Shown here in pieces: positions 53,641-62,987 of a DNA stretch of 64,000 nt (positions are counted from its first letter, which is position 1; each line of letters starts with the position of its first letter). Position numbers and translations under genes: made by a program. The notes under the pieces are model-generated. The model did no database searches, was not told the origin of the DNA, and worked only from the letters and a program-made list of their open reading frames with translations. The DNA lies in contig JAUQVK010000112.1 of the NCBI GenBank assembly GCA_039794845.1, positions 14,359-78,358 of the forward strand. The letters run 5' to 3'. This DNA comes from Thermostichus sp. DRC_bins_24. GTDB taxonomy: Bacteria > Cyanobacteriota > Cyanobacteriia > Thermostichales > Thermostichaceae.

Positions 53641-54699
53641 CTAGCCTTGCTTGGGCTCTCTCCATACCAAATGCCCCTCTTGAACTTCTAACCAACCCCC
53701 ACCCGGATACTCCGGAGTACGACTGCGGCGGCCTGCCTTCAACAAAGGGATCCCGGCTTCCACTTGCTCAAAAGTGGGGTGGTGAGGCAACACCGTTTCC
53801 AAAAACTGAAATAGAATCTGGCGCTGTAAGGCTAGGGGAGCTGTTCGTAAGGGATCCCTCACCAATCCAGGCAGAGTGGGTTGATACACCTGCAGCCACA
53901 GTTGGGAAGTTTGCGCCAACACCAACTCATGCTCCGCCTCCAGCAAAGCGGCAACCCGGTTCAATGCCGATTCCAGTTGCGGGTTAAAGTGCTGCTTCAA
54001 GTAGGGAATGACCTCCAGGCGCAGGCGATTGCGGCCATGGGCCAAATCTTGGTTGCTGCGATCCGGCCAGACTGGCAACTGATACCGCTGGCAGAACTGC
54101 TCGGTTTCGGAGCGGGAAAGGTTCAGCAGAGGACGCACCAAGTGAGCGGAGGTGGGATCCTGTTCATCGAGGCGGCGCTGCCAATCAAGACTGGTTAGCC
54201 CGGCTGCCCCCGTGCCTCGCAGAAGATTCCACAAGAACGTCTCGGCCCGATCGCTGGCAGTATGCCCCATGACTACCGCGCTGCAGTTCCAAATCTTGGC
54301 CCATTTGTTCAACTGTTGGTAGCGCCAGGCTCTGGCCCCCGCTTCATCCCAACGGATGGGATCGGCGGTTTCGATGGCGTGGGGTAAGTCCTGTTGCTTT
54401 AGCCAACTCTGCAAAAACCGAGCGCAATTGGTTTCATCTGCCGACCAACGGTGATCACAATGCAGAACAAACAACTGCCAGCCCCAGCGTGGCCTTAAGT
54501 CGAGCAAAATCTTAAGCAGACAAAAGGAATCCTGCCCGCCGGAGAAGGCCACCACCAATTGCTGACCCGGGTGGAGCAGCCGCCGTTGCCGAATCGTGTG
54601 CTGTACCCGCAGGTGTAGAGGAGAGAGCCTGACCACCGTGACCCCAGAGATTTCCAAAATAAACCTTGGATCCCTCTGTTCCTCGAGGAACTGATACAC
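53641..54699 (-). CDS. tilS: tRNA(Ile)-lysidine synthetase
   Basis: VAFSGGQDS, HCDH, AR.WRY, GHTASDRAET..NLLRGTG, VRPLL, D.SN, RNRLR; true start may be slightly downstream. Confidence 0.95.
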   Translation of the reverse strand: MYQFLEEQRDPRFILEISGVTVVRLSPLHLRVQHTIRQRRLLHPGQQLVVAFSGGQDSFCLLKILLDLRPRWGWQLFVLHCDHRWSADETNCARFLQSWLKQQDLPHAIETADPIRWDEAGARAWRYQQLNKWAKIWNCSAVVMGHTASDRAETFLWNLLRGTGAAGLTSLDWQRRLDEQDPTSAHLVRPLLNLSRSETEQFCQRYQLPVWPDRSNQDLAHGRNRLRLEVIPYLKQHFNPQLESALNRVAALLEAEHELVLAQTSQLWLQVYQPTLPGLVRDPLRTAPLALQRQILFQFLETVLPHHPTFEQVEAGIPLLKAGRRSRTPEYPGGGWLEVQEGHLVWREPKQG

Positions 54700-54726
54700 T
54701 AGCCGTTTCCGTTCTGCAGTCGGGAA

Positions 54727-55908
54727 CTAGGCCAGCGCCCGTGTCAGGTGGGAGGCCACAGCTTGGACAGCGGCAATGCTTCGTTCGTAGGCCATCCGGG
54801 TTGGCCCCAATAGGGTGACGGTACCCAGGGGCGCGGAACGGCGGCGGTAGGTGGAGGCGATGACCGTACAGTGGTGCAAAGATTCAAGCGGGTTTTCGCT
54901 GCCAATGTAGATGAGCACAGGGATCTTTCGGGCTTGATGAGATGGATCCTGCTCTGGATCAACCGCAGGTGAATCCTCGGAGGAAGGATTTGTCTCATCC
55001 TTGCCATCAAGAGGATCTGGTCCTGTCACGTCGGTGGGCCGGAGGCCTACCATCCCCTGGAGCTGCTCGGATCCCTCTTCGATCAACTGCACCACCGCTT
55101 GCACCTGTTGTGCGTGGGAAAACTCCGGTTGCCGCATCAATTCCGTCATGCCCGCACTAAACACCTGACTGAGGGGAGGCTGTAGATAGCGTTGCACCAC
55201 CGAGCGCAGCAGGTGTTGCAGCCAATGGCCATAGGTGCGAAATTCTTCGTCCAGCTTCAGCCAGCTCAGATCCTGCAATTCGGCAAAGGTTTTGCCCCGC
55301 AGCTTCAGGGTGAGAAAGTTGCTAAGCAGCTGCAACTCATCTTCCAGACGGTCGCTGGGCCACTCAGGGGGGGCCACCATAGCCGAATAGGTTTGATACG
55401 AATCTGTAACCACCAGCACCATGACCCGCCCCGGCGCAACCGCCACCAATTGCAGGTGATGGATGGCCACCACGGGTCCCTGGGGGGGCGTGATCAGGGC
55501 GATGCAGCCGCTCAAATGGGCCAGGAGCTGCGCCACCCGCTGTAAGAGGCTATCCAGATCATCCCCCAACTGACGATTCAGCTGATCCAACAACTGTTGC
55601 AGGGCAGGGTGGGGATCCGGCTGAGGAATATTGGGCGAAATCCCGGTGCTGCTGGGAGAAGCCAGCAGGTCGTCAACATAAACTCGGTAGCCGAAATCGG
55701 AAGGGATCCGACCTGCAGAGGTGTGGGGTTGAAACAGCAGACCGATCTGTTCGAGGGTGGCCAAATCGTTGCGGATGGTGGCCGTGCTGACTCCGAGGTC
55801 ATAGGACTCGGCCAAGGTTTTGGAGCCAACCGGTTCAGCCGTGGCGATGTAGCTGCGCACCGTCGCCCACAGGATCTTCCGCTGTCGGGGAGTCAGTTTA
55901 AGTCTCAT
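54727..55908 (-). CDS. hrcA: Heat-inducible transcription repressor
   Basis: YIATAEPVGSK, STATIRNDL, QPHTSAGRIPSD.GYRVYVD, IGSEN, LGPTRM.Y. Confidence 0.97.
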   Translation of the reverse strand: MRLKLTPRQRKILWATVRSYIATAEPVGSKTLAESYDLGVSTATIRNDLATLEQIGLLFQPHTSAGRIPSDFGYRVYVDDLLASPSSTGISPNIPQPDPHPALQQLLDQLNRQLGDDLDSLLQRVAQLLAHLSGCIALITPPQGPVVAIHHLQLVAVAPGRVMVLVVTDSYQTYSAMVAPPEWPSDRLEDELQLLSNFLTLKLRGKTFAELQDLSWLKLDEEFRTYGHWLQHLLRSVVQRYLQPPLSQVFSAGMTELMRQPEFSHAQQVQAVVQLIEEGSEQLQGMVGLRPTDVTGPDPLDGKDETNPSSEDSPAVDPEQDPSHQARKIPVLIYIGSENPLESLHHCTVIASTYRRRSAPLGTVTLLGPTRMAYERSIAAVQAVASHLTRALA

Positions 55909-56191
55909 GGCTGCTCAAAAGGGCAAGGTCAACACACAACCAAAAGGAACCATTGAATCGCTCTACGATAAATCAACTCAGGGCTTGAATACGAATCCAG
56001 ACGAACCTTTACGTCTATTCTTACTCCTTCACGATGGGTTGCGCCTGAGCGGAGCTGGAGGGCTAGCCGTTAAGTCTTGTGTAGCGCCTCCGGGGTTCCC
56101 TAAGGGCTGGGATTGGGGGCGCCGTTTTGGCCTGGAGGTGGTAAAAGTTAAGTCAGCTCTTGTGTCTGTTGCATCTACTTAGGTTGGTTCC

Positions 56192-56494
56192 ATGCACCTA
56201 TCGCCCCAGGAGAAAGACAAGTTGTTGGTCTACCTAGCGGCTCAACTGGCTCAGGATCGACGGCAGCGGGGCCTAAAGCTGAATTATCCCGAGGCAGTTG
56301 CCTATTTGAGTGCGGCAGTTCTGGAGGGGGCTCGGGAAGGAAAAACGGTTGCCCAACTGATGAGCGAAGGGCTGACTTGGTTGAGCCGGGAGGATGTGAT
56401 GGCTGGGATCCCGGAGATGATTCCCGAGATCCAGGTGGAAGCCACGTTCCCCGATGGGACAAAGCTGGTAACCCTGCACCACCCGATTCGCTGA
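56192..56494 (+). CDS. ureA: Urease subunit gamma
   Basis: [40 protein letters not shown]. Confidence 0.98.
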   Translation: MHLSPQEKDKLLVYLAAQLAQDRRQRGLKLNYPEAVAYLSAAVLEGAREGKTVAQLMSEGLTWLSREDVMAGIPEMIPEIQVEATFPDGTKLVTLHHPIR

Positions 56495-56506
56495 GGGGGT
56501 TGGGAA

Positions 56507-56540
56507 CCTGAATACCTGAATACTTGAATAATCCTGAATA
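56507..56540 (+). repeat. Short tandem repeat C(C/T)TGAATA x4
   Basis: CCTGAATA CCTGAATA CTTGAATA at CCTGAATA between ureA and ureB. Confidence 0.85.
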
Positions 56541-56573
56541 ACCGTATTGCCCTTTGCCCTTGGAGATTGTGAT

Positions 56574-56987
56574 ATGCCCCCTGCCCGTAAACCCAAAGCC
56601 ACGCCGGCTCCTGAAGCTGGGGCCACCTTGGTTCCGGGAGAGCTCATGTTGGCAGAAGAACCGATCCACGCCAACGTCGGGCGGGCCACCGTGACGCTTG
56701 AGGTGACCAACCAAGGGGATCGACCCATTCAAGTGGGATCCCATTTTCACTTTTTTGAGGTGAACCGAGCTTTGGTCTTTGACCGGGCTGCGAGTTTTGG
56801 CATGCGCCTGAATATCCCTTCTGGCAATGCGGTGCGTTTTGAGCCGGGGCAAACCCATGAGGTGACCTTAGTGGCCCTCGGGGGCAAGGGGTTGGTGCAT
56901 GGCTTTAACAAGCTAACCGAGGGTAGTGTGCGCTCTGCCACCCAAAAACAGCTTTCTCTGGCGCGGTTGCAGGCGTGGATGGGCTAA
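56574..56987 (+). CDS. ureB: Urease subunit beta
   Basis: [38 protein letters not shown]. Confidence 0.97.
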   Translation: MPPARKPKATPAPEAGATLVPGELMLAEEPIHANVGRATVTLEVTNQGDRPIQVGSHFHFFEVNRALVFDRAASFGMRLNIPSGNAVRFEPGQTHEVTLVALGGKGLVHGFNKLTEGSVRSATQKQLSLARLQAWMG

Positions 56988-57127
56988 GCAGTCAAGCAGT
57001 GGAGGGATAACGCCCCCTTAACTGTGCAGCTTTGGGCATCTGAACTGAGGCTCAGTCACATCTTAATTTTCTGCCCAGATCCGCAACAGTAGTGCTATCC
57101 ATTCCTTTTCCTCTAGGAGCTTGTGCA

Positions 57128-57370
57128 ATGTCGGGGCGCGAAACGGTCTTGTGGATGTGGGTACAAGGCTTGGGGTTAAATCTTTCCGGGTTGGCCCTGT
57201 TGGCTGCAACAGGCACTATCTTTGGGCCGGTGGGCTGGACGGGTACGGCTGTAGCGGTAATGTTGAAGTTGATCGGAGATGGACAACTGGTGCGAGGATA
57301 CTGGCTCTGGCAAAGTCAGCAGCAACAGCTAGGATCCCAGCCCGTCAGGACAGCAGCAACAGCACCGTAG
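57128..57370 (+). CDS. Small hypothetical membrane protein
   Basis: 80-aa ORF with two hydrophobic segments; AGGAG upstream. Confidence 0.55.
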   Translation: MSGRETVLWMWVQGLGLNLSGLALLAATGTIFGPVGWTGTAVAVMLKLIGDGQLVRGYWLWQSQQQQLGSQPVRTAATAP

Positions 57371-57407
57371 ATGGAAATTCTGCTTTTCCGCTCTAGGGCT
57401 GATCAAT

Positions 57408-58727
57408 CTAGGGCTGATCAAACAGAAAATGTTGGGGAAACTGAGGGGCTTGGGATTTTTTTCTATCCTTAGTCAGCCATTGTAAGCCTTCTCGAATAAA
57501 GGCCACCAGGGATCCCTGAATTTTTTGGTAATCGCTTTGGGTGATGGGCTTGAATCCATGGGCAAATAACGAATAATTTCGCACCTGTAGAGCATCTGCA
57601 ATCAGCGACTGCCGCTCCTGAAAAAGCTCTCCCAAGGGATCCCCTGGCAGTTGGCCGAGAAGATTGTAGCTTTTGCGAAGAGGCAGCTCTATCTTTCCCT
57701 CTCGTTGGAATTGCGATTGGAATTGAGGGCGGATGGCTTCGGGGAGCTTGTTGGGATCCACATCCCCTGTTGTAATGTCATAGCTGAGTTTGAGGTGTAT
57801 CTGAGCCAGCAGTTCCAAAGCTCGATAAACTCGTCCCACTGCATCATCAAAGCGGCATTGGGAGGCGCGTCGCTCCGCATTGAGCAGCAGATCTTCGACG
57901 ATTTCATAGCCATGCCCTGGGGATCCCAGGGATCCATCAAAGTCAGGATCAATTTTGCTGCGGCTGTCCATCACCCGTTTCAGAAATAGCCCCAAAGGCT
58001 GGATCCATTTTTGTTTCATTAGGGGTTCTAGGTAGGCCCAAGCCTCGAGGTGATCAAATCGATCCCAGGCATCAAGGGCTGAGCACAGGTCGTAAAATTG
58101 CCGGATGGTCTGCCGAGTCGCAGGGGATGTATCTTGATTTACCCTCAGTTGGCGGAGCTTTTGCAGGGCGGCGGCGTAGTTGTAGTCGGCAACCATAGTT
58201 GGGAGATCCTGCTCCAGCACCCGCTGCACCACCACCGGAGCAACGCTGGCTTGTTCGGTCATCTCGCCACGATCGACCCGGATCAAATCCCGACGATTGC
58301 CGGTGGTCAGCATCAGCTTGGCCCCGTAGTCCAGCGCCGCCAAAGCGAGGGTCACAGACATGGTTTTGGTACCGCCGGTGTAATCTGCGGCGAGAGTGAG
58401 GCCGGTTTCTGCTGCACTGATCTGGGCCATCTTGCGGGTGATGGTGGCGTAGCACTCGGCAAAATCATCTGGATCCTGAACCAGCACCACATCCTGCTCA
58501 GGATCAAAGTCTCTCAGCCCTGCCTGGGTGGGAATGTTGGGTAGCTTTTCCACCACTTCGGATCCCTTGCGCACCTCACAGGGGGATCCCTGTCCTGTCA
58601 CCTGAGAAAGACTTCCCCTGGGGCCATCCGAACAAATAAAGATGACCCGATCTGGGCTTAGGGTTTGAATCGCAGTGACGATAGGTTGAGGGGATCCGCC
58701 AACGGTAACAAAGAGAACGGTTTTCAT
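57408..58727 (-). CDS. CRISPR-associated CARF-HEPN protein (TIGR02710 family, Csm6/Csx1-like)
   Basis: CARF motifs TVGGSPQPI and ADYTGGTKTMS; DLLLNAERRA...FDDAVGRVYRALEL; HEPN R-x6-H in RNYSLFAHG. Confidence 0.92.
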   Translation of the reverse strand: MKTVLFVTVGGSPQPIVTAIQTLSPDRVIFICSDGPRGSLSQVTGQGSPCEVRKGSEVVEKLPNIPTQAGLRDFDPEQDVVLVQDPDDFAECYATITRKMAQISAAETGLTLAADYTGGTKTMSVTLALAALDYGAKLMLTTGNRRDLIRVDRGEMTEQASVAPVVVQRVLEQDLPTMVADYNYAAALQKLRQLRVNQDTSPATRQTIRQFYDLCSALDAWDRFDHLEAWAYLEPLMKQKWIQPLGLFLKRVMDSRSKIDPDFDGSLGSPGHGYEIVEDLLLNAERRASQCRFDDAVGRVYRALELLAQIHLKLSYDITTGDVDPNKLPEAIRPQFQSQFQREGKIELPLRKSYNLLGQLPGDPLGELFQERQSLIADALQVRNYSLFAHGFKPITQSDYQKIQGSLVAFIREGLQWLTKDRKKSQAPQFPQHFLFDQP

Positions 58728-59287
58728 GCGCTAGGCAACCACAGCTTTGGCAAGGGGCAGACAAAACCAGGGAGTAACGGAGATTCAAGGATATCCTCTT
58801 GCAGGCAGGTTTTGATGAGGGTCAGGGATCCCTCGTGGCGGCGATAGATTTCGGCTTGTTTTTGCAGTGGATCCAGGATCCAGTACTCTTGCACCCCACG
58901 GCGGCTGTAGAGTTTGAGCTTGATCTGGCGATCCCGGCTGGCATTGCGGGATCCGGGGCTGACCACCTCGATCACCAACTCTGGGGCACTGTGGAGCTTG
59001 CCATCCTCTTGCAGGGCTGTTTGCAGACGAGTGTGACTGATCCAGACCACATCCGGGGCAACATCATCATCTTCGGCAAAGATCAGCCCTGGGGCGGTAT
59101 TGGCCATTCCTAGCCCAGTGCTATCACTCCATTCATCAAGAAAGCGAAAGATGCGGCTGGCGGCATATTGGTGTTGCCAACTGGGTTGGTGGGTCACATA
59201 CAGCTCTCCATCGATCACTTCGTAGCGTTTGCCGTCATCGGGCATGAGAGCCAAGTCTGAGGAGGTAAAGCGGTGGGCAGCAATCAT
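58724..59287 (-). CDS. Uma2 family endonuclease embedded in the cas effector cluster
   Basis: RYEVIDGEL, P..QHQ, PDVVWIS, APELVIEVVSPG, DR..K..LYSRRGVQEYWILDP; its TGA overlaps the next ATG (ATGA). Confidence 0.93.
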   Translation of the reverse strand: MIAAHRFTSSDLALMPDDGKRYEVIDGELYVTHQPSWQHQYAASRIFRFLDEWSDSTGLGMANTAPGLIFAEDDDVAPDVVWISHTRLQTALQEDGKLHSAPELVIEVVSPGSRNASRDRQIKLKLYSRRGVQEYWILDPLQKQAEIYRRHEGSLTLIKTCLQEDILESPLLPGFVCPLPKLWLPSA

Positions 59288-59445
59288 GGCGTACCTCAAA
59301 AGGGTGTCATTATTCGGAGCAATCAGAGCAATTGACCCAGCCGTTCTCGCAGTTCAGCAGCGGCTTGCTCTAGGTGGTCGGGGGTATGGCCCGTCGTCTC
59401 TACCATAACGGCCATGTGGGTATCTTCGCTCTCGTGCAACAGATT

Positions 59446-60534
59446 TCAGCTTAATTTTTTAGCCAAACTGTCAAGCACTACGGTGTTTCCGTCGTAATGA
59501 CAAAAGACACGTTTTGCATCTAGGTCGGCCCAAGCATCGAACTCGTGGGTTGAACCCGGTACTGGATCCCCCTTCAGTGCTTTGAAGTCTAAAGATGGCG
59601 GATTATAGTTGGTTTCGACAAAGCAGGCGAGTTGATCAAGTCTCGTATTTAGAATAATGAGACGATCACGAGCAATCTTTTCCGCAGTTTTGGAAAAATG
59701 AGGGCCAAAATGAATCAATGGAGATATTGACGGAAGTAACTTTTCCCCATAAATATCCTGCTTACTCTGCTCCCAAACAAGCCTCCCCCATTCTGAAAGC
59801 CAGGGTTGACCCTCCATGAATCGAATTAGGGTTTCAGGCAGGTTTGAGGTAGGTTGAACAGGAAGCTTCTGGCTCAGGCGACGAAATATCTCAAGATGTT
59901 CTTGAATTGAGGCTACTGCATCAAGTTTTACTGGCAGACGGGGAATGCGTAGTAGTGTTTCCGATCGCTCAAACGTATAGATTGTTTCGTCGGCATAAAA
60001 CATAGCTAGGGTTTGCAGAAATCCTTGGATGCTCTTGAAACCACCAGTGAGATTGAAAATGATACGATAATGGGCCTTACGGTAACCTGGAATCGTATCA
60101 GAACACCAACTTACTAACTCAGCCAGGGAAAGTTGGAAGGCGTCAGGATCATAAGTTTGTAAGTCCTTATGTCTTACCAGTTGGACGCTTGCTCCTTGAT
60201 TTTGCAGCCAGATCTGGATAAGTTTTCCAGTCTCTTCACCCAACCAAGTATCTGTGCAGAGTAAGACATGTTGATCGGCAGGATCGAATTGAAATTCACA
60301 GTAGTGAATCAGGCATTTAAGCTCTGCTGAAAGATCTCTAGCTCTTTGAAGATCTGCAGTAGAAAGCTCCCCTTTTGCTTGGTTAATCAGTCCTTCTAGA
60401 TGAGATAGATCTGAAGAGTCAAGAACTTCTCTTGGGCTATTCACATTAGCATATTGACTTATCAATTTTCGTTCTTTAGGTGTTGCTAGGTTAGTGAGTG
60501 TACTAGTACCACAGGGAGAAAGAAGGAATTTCAT
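59446..60534 (-). CDS. CARF (APE2256/SSO1393-type)-wHTH-RelE-like protein, Cami1-like
   Basis: SPCGTS.LTN, SAEL, LLCTDT..G, IFNLTGGFKS, IYTFE..LLRIP.LP, LSEWG; about 95-aa C-terminus with LDFKALKG..THEFDAW..AKRVFCHY, resembling a RelE fold. Confidence 0.8.
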   Translation of the reverse strand: MKFLLSPCGTSTLTNLATPKERKLISQYANVNSPREVLDSSDLSHLEGLINQAKGELSTADLQRARDLSAELKCLIHYCEFQFDPADQHVLLCTDTWLGEETGKLIQIWLQNQGASVQLVRHKDLQTYDPDAFQLSLAELVSWCSDTIPGYRKAHYRIIFNLTGGFKSIQGFLQTLAMFYADETIYTFERSETLLRIPRLPVKLDAVASIQEHLEIFRRLSQKLPVQPTSNLPETLIRFMEGQPWLSEWGRLVWEQSKQDIYGEKLLPSISPLIHFGPHFSKTAEKIARDRLIILNTRLDQLACFVETNYNPPSLDFKALKGDPVPGSTHEFDAWADLDAKRVFCHYDGNTVVLDSLAKKLS

Positions 60535-60542
60535 GATGCTTC

Positions 60543-62987
60543 CTAGATAGTGGGATTCCGTTTTAGCCCTCGATCTTTCCAGAGATCCGGCAGAGGATAT
60601 TTCCTGTCATCATTGCCGCCATTTTCAACAAACCACTTGAAAGCCTCACCATTCGGATTAGGTGCTCGGTCGGTACGGGGATAATGGATAGGCAGTTGAT
60701 CGTCAAACCCTTTAGCGCTAGTTAAGAACGCCTTGATAAATGGCACCTGATCAAATTGCCCAGATCCATAGGTATTTGCAATGGCTAATTGATAGGCATT
60801 GATGGCTGATTGGATAACTCCAGATACATCAGGTTTAGCTTGACTGGTCAGAGATTGATAATAGGTTTGCCAGTCTTTTCCTGAGCGAATATCAGAGCTG
60901 TAGATCCCTCGTAGTGAAAGACGAACACTTCCAAAGCCAAGAGGTTTACCGCCACCTAAGCGGTGATAGTGATTTTCAGGTAAATTGAGCAAGTACAACA
61001 AGGCCCCTAGCTCAACTTGAGAGAGATTGGTGATGTCGATGCTAAAGGTAAACTCTGTGCCTGGTTTCACCCAAGATTTAATTGACCGGTTTTGGTTGTC
61101 TCGCTCATTTCCCCCATCATCAGGGCGACGATATTCCTGATAATGAGTTTTTCCGCTAGTATTGCAAGTCCCATTTTGCGTGCGATTTTGGGTGGGATTA
61201 TTCCAGTGCCCATCTGGCAAACCTTGATGATGTGGATAGACTTTTCGTCCTCGTAATCCCTGATTGGCTTGATAGGCTTGATTTTGGGAAGTGCCTTTGG
61301 GCAGGGATCCCCCATTGGGATCCCGAGCGGCATAAAAGCGAAATTGTTGGGGTTGAGGTTGCCCAAGAATGGCTAGAGGAAAACCATTGTCTGGAAATGT
61401 TTCAACTGGGTTATCGCTTTTACAAATAGCAGGACTAATCCGTAGATTACCCTTGTAGGCTCCTCGTTTGGAGTATTGTGACTTCTTATCTTGCTTGTCT
61501 TGACGCACCCAGCCAAATACACGATCCGCAGGAGAAAGATGACTAATATCTTCTGCAGGCAACAGCGAGGGATCCAATAGGGTTTCAGGGGCATTGGAGA
61601 ATAATCCCCGCGTAATCATCACAGGGTAGAGATCCTTAACAACGATCTGCCCATTCCTTTTCTCAACATGGGCATAACACAGGGATCCCTCTTTTAGCTC
61701 TCGTTCAGAGGATCCGCCGGTGACATGACGTGACCAAACTGAATGTTGAAGTGCGGGAGGGCCATGTTGTCCAGATTTAATTTCTGGCTCGTGAATCTCT
61801 TGATAGTTTTTGATGAGCTCTCGCCATTTGGTCTTGAGTTCAGGTGTCAGGGGCACAACTTGAGGGTTGCCTGAGCAGAAAAAGACTCGCTCATCGTGCT
61901 TATTATCAATATTTTTATTCGTGATGCACACATAGCCTTTGACTTGTTTCATAGGCGAACCAGTTGGCTCATGAGAACCTCTAGGAGAGCCTGCTGAAGG
62001 TCTAGCTCCGAGGTTTTCTCCATGTCGAACAATTTTGCGAACCCTCCAGTACGAGAATACTGGTCGTCGCATTTTTTTGTATTCCTCTATCCAAACCGAT
62101 ACTGCCTCACCATGTTGTGGAAGCTGATTGGATGGGTATTTGACAGCAAAATTAGCAATGTTTCTAGAATAGCGATCATACCGAGGTAGCCATGCTGCAT
62201 ACATGATTCCACCTGCCGGTTTGCCGTCATTGCCAATTTGAGCGGTTCCTGTGTAAAGGGCAAGATTACCATTCTCTACCCGTGCCGGAACCATTTGCAG
62301 ACCAATCTTGGCAGGCATGCGATAAGCAAGGCGGTCTTCATGGCTTTCAAAAATAGCCAGGCGAGAATTGGTAATAGCCTCGTAGGCAGAACGCAACATC
62401 CCTTTGATGGAAGTGGGTGGCAAATAAGGCTTGCCATCGGATCCCATTCGCACATCAAAAAGCCTATGATCCGTCTTAATTTCTTTGGCTTTAGCAGCAT
62501 CCGGGATCAGTAAAGGTGTGATGGTTTTGAGGGTAACTTCAATCCGGCCAGAGTAGCGATCGCGATGATAAAGACCATGCCCAACCGGATGATGATCCCC
62601 GAGGTGGGGATCCCTAGTTTTGCGGGGTAGAGCGGGGATGAAGTTGTAGGGATTATGAAAATCTCCGGCGGGCAGTGGGCCAGCGGCAGCAGGTGTTCCA
62701 ACTGCTGGGGCAGCGGCAACAGCCACTCCTCCACCTCCACCTCCACCACCCATTGGGTCAATCCAGATCTGCCCTACTTCCCGCACTTTGTGAGGTTGGC
62801 CGCCCACTTCCTCAAATTCAACTTGTTTGTTGTTGAGTGAGGACAAGTTTCTAGCTCTTTTCAGATCATAAATGGGTTGGGATAGTTCCTTCTCTGCTGG
62901 AGGCATCTGAACATTGTTGCCTCTGCGGTTAACAAATTTAATCTGCAATTGAGTTCCTGAAACAATGATGGTTCCTGTTGTCATCAC
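60543..62987 (-). CDS. Type III-D Cas7 with large insertion (TIGR03986 RAMP)
   Basis: FHNPYNFIP, GRIEVTLKTITPLLI, PYLPPTSIKGMLRSAYE, LSPADRVFGWV, RGRKVYPHH, G-rich loop LGGGKPLGFGSV. Confidence 0.93.
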   Translation of the reverse strand: MMTTGTIIVSGTQLQIKFVNRRGNNVQMPPAEKELSQPIYDLKRARNLSSLNNKQVEFEEVGGQPHKVREVGQIWIDPMGGGGGGGGVAVAAAPAVGTPAAAGPLPAGDFHNPYNFIPALPRKTRDPHLGDHHPVGHGLYHRDRYSGRIEVTLKTITPLLIPDAAKAKEIKTDHRLFDVRMGSDGKPYLPPTSIKGMLRSAYEAITNSRLAIFESHEDRLAYRMPAKIGLQMVPARVENGNLALYTGTAQIGNDGKPAGGIMYAAWLPRYDRYSRNIANFAVKYPSNQLPQHGEAVSVWIEEYKKMRRPVFSYWRVRKIVRHGENLGARPSAGSPRGSHEPTGSPMKQVKGYVCITNKNIDNKHDERVFFCSGNPQVVPLTPELKTKWRELIKNYQEIHEPEIKSGQHGPPALQHSVWSRHVTGGSSERELKEGSLCYAHVEKRNGQIVVKDLYPVMITRGLFSNAPETLLDPSLLPAEDISHLSPADRVFGWVRQDKQDKKSQYSKRGAYKGNLRISPAICKSDNPVETFPDNGFPLAILGQPQPQQFRFYAARDPNGGSLPKGTSQNQAYQANQGLRGRKVYPHHQGLPDGHWNNPTQNRTQNGTCNTSGKTHYQEYRRPDDGGNERDNQNRSIKSWVKPGTEFTFSIDITNLSQVELGALLYLLNLPENHYHRLGGGKPLGFGSVRLSLRGIYSSDIRSGKDWQTYYQSLTSQAKPDVSGVIQSAINAYQLAIANTYGSGQFDQVPFIKAFLTSAKGFDDQLPIHYPRTDRAPNPNGEAFKWFVENGGNDDRKYPLPDLWKDRGLKRNPTI

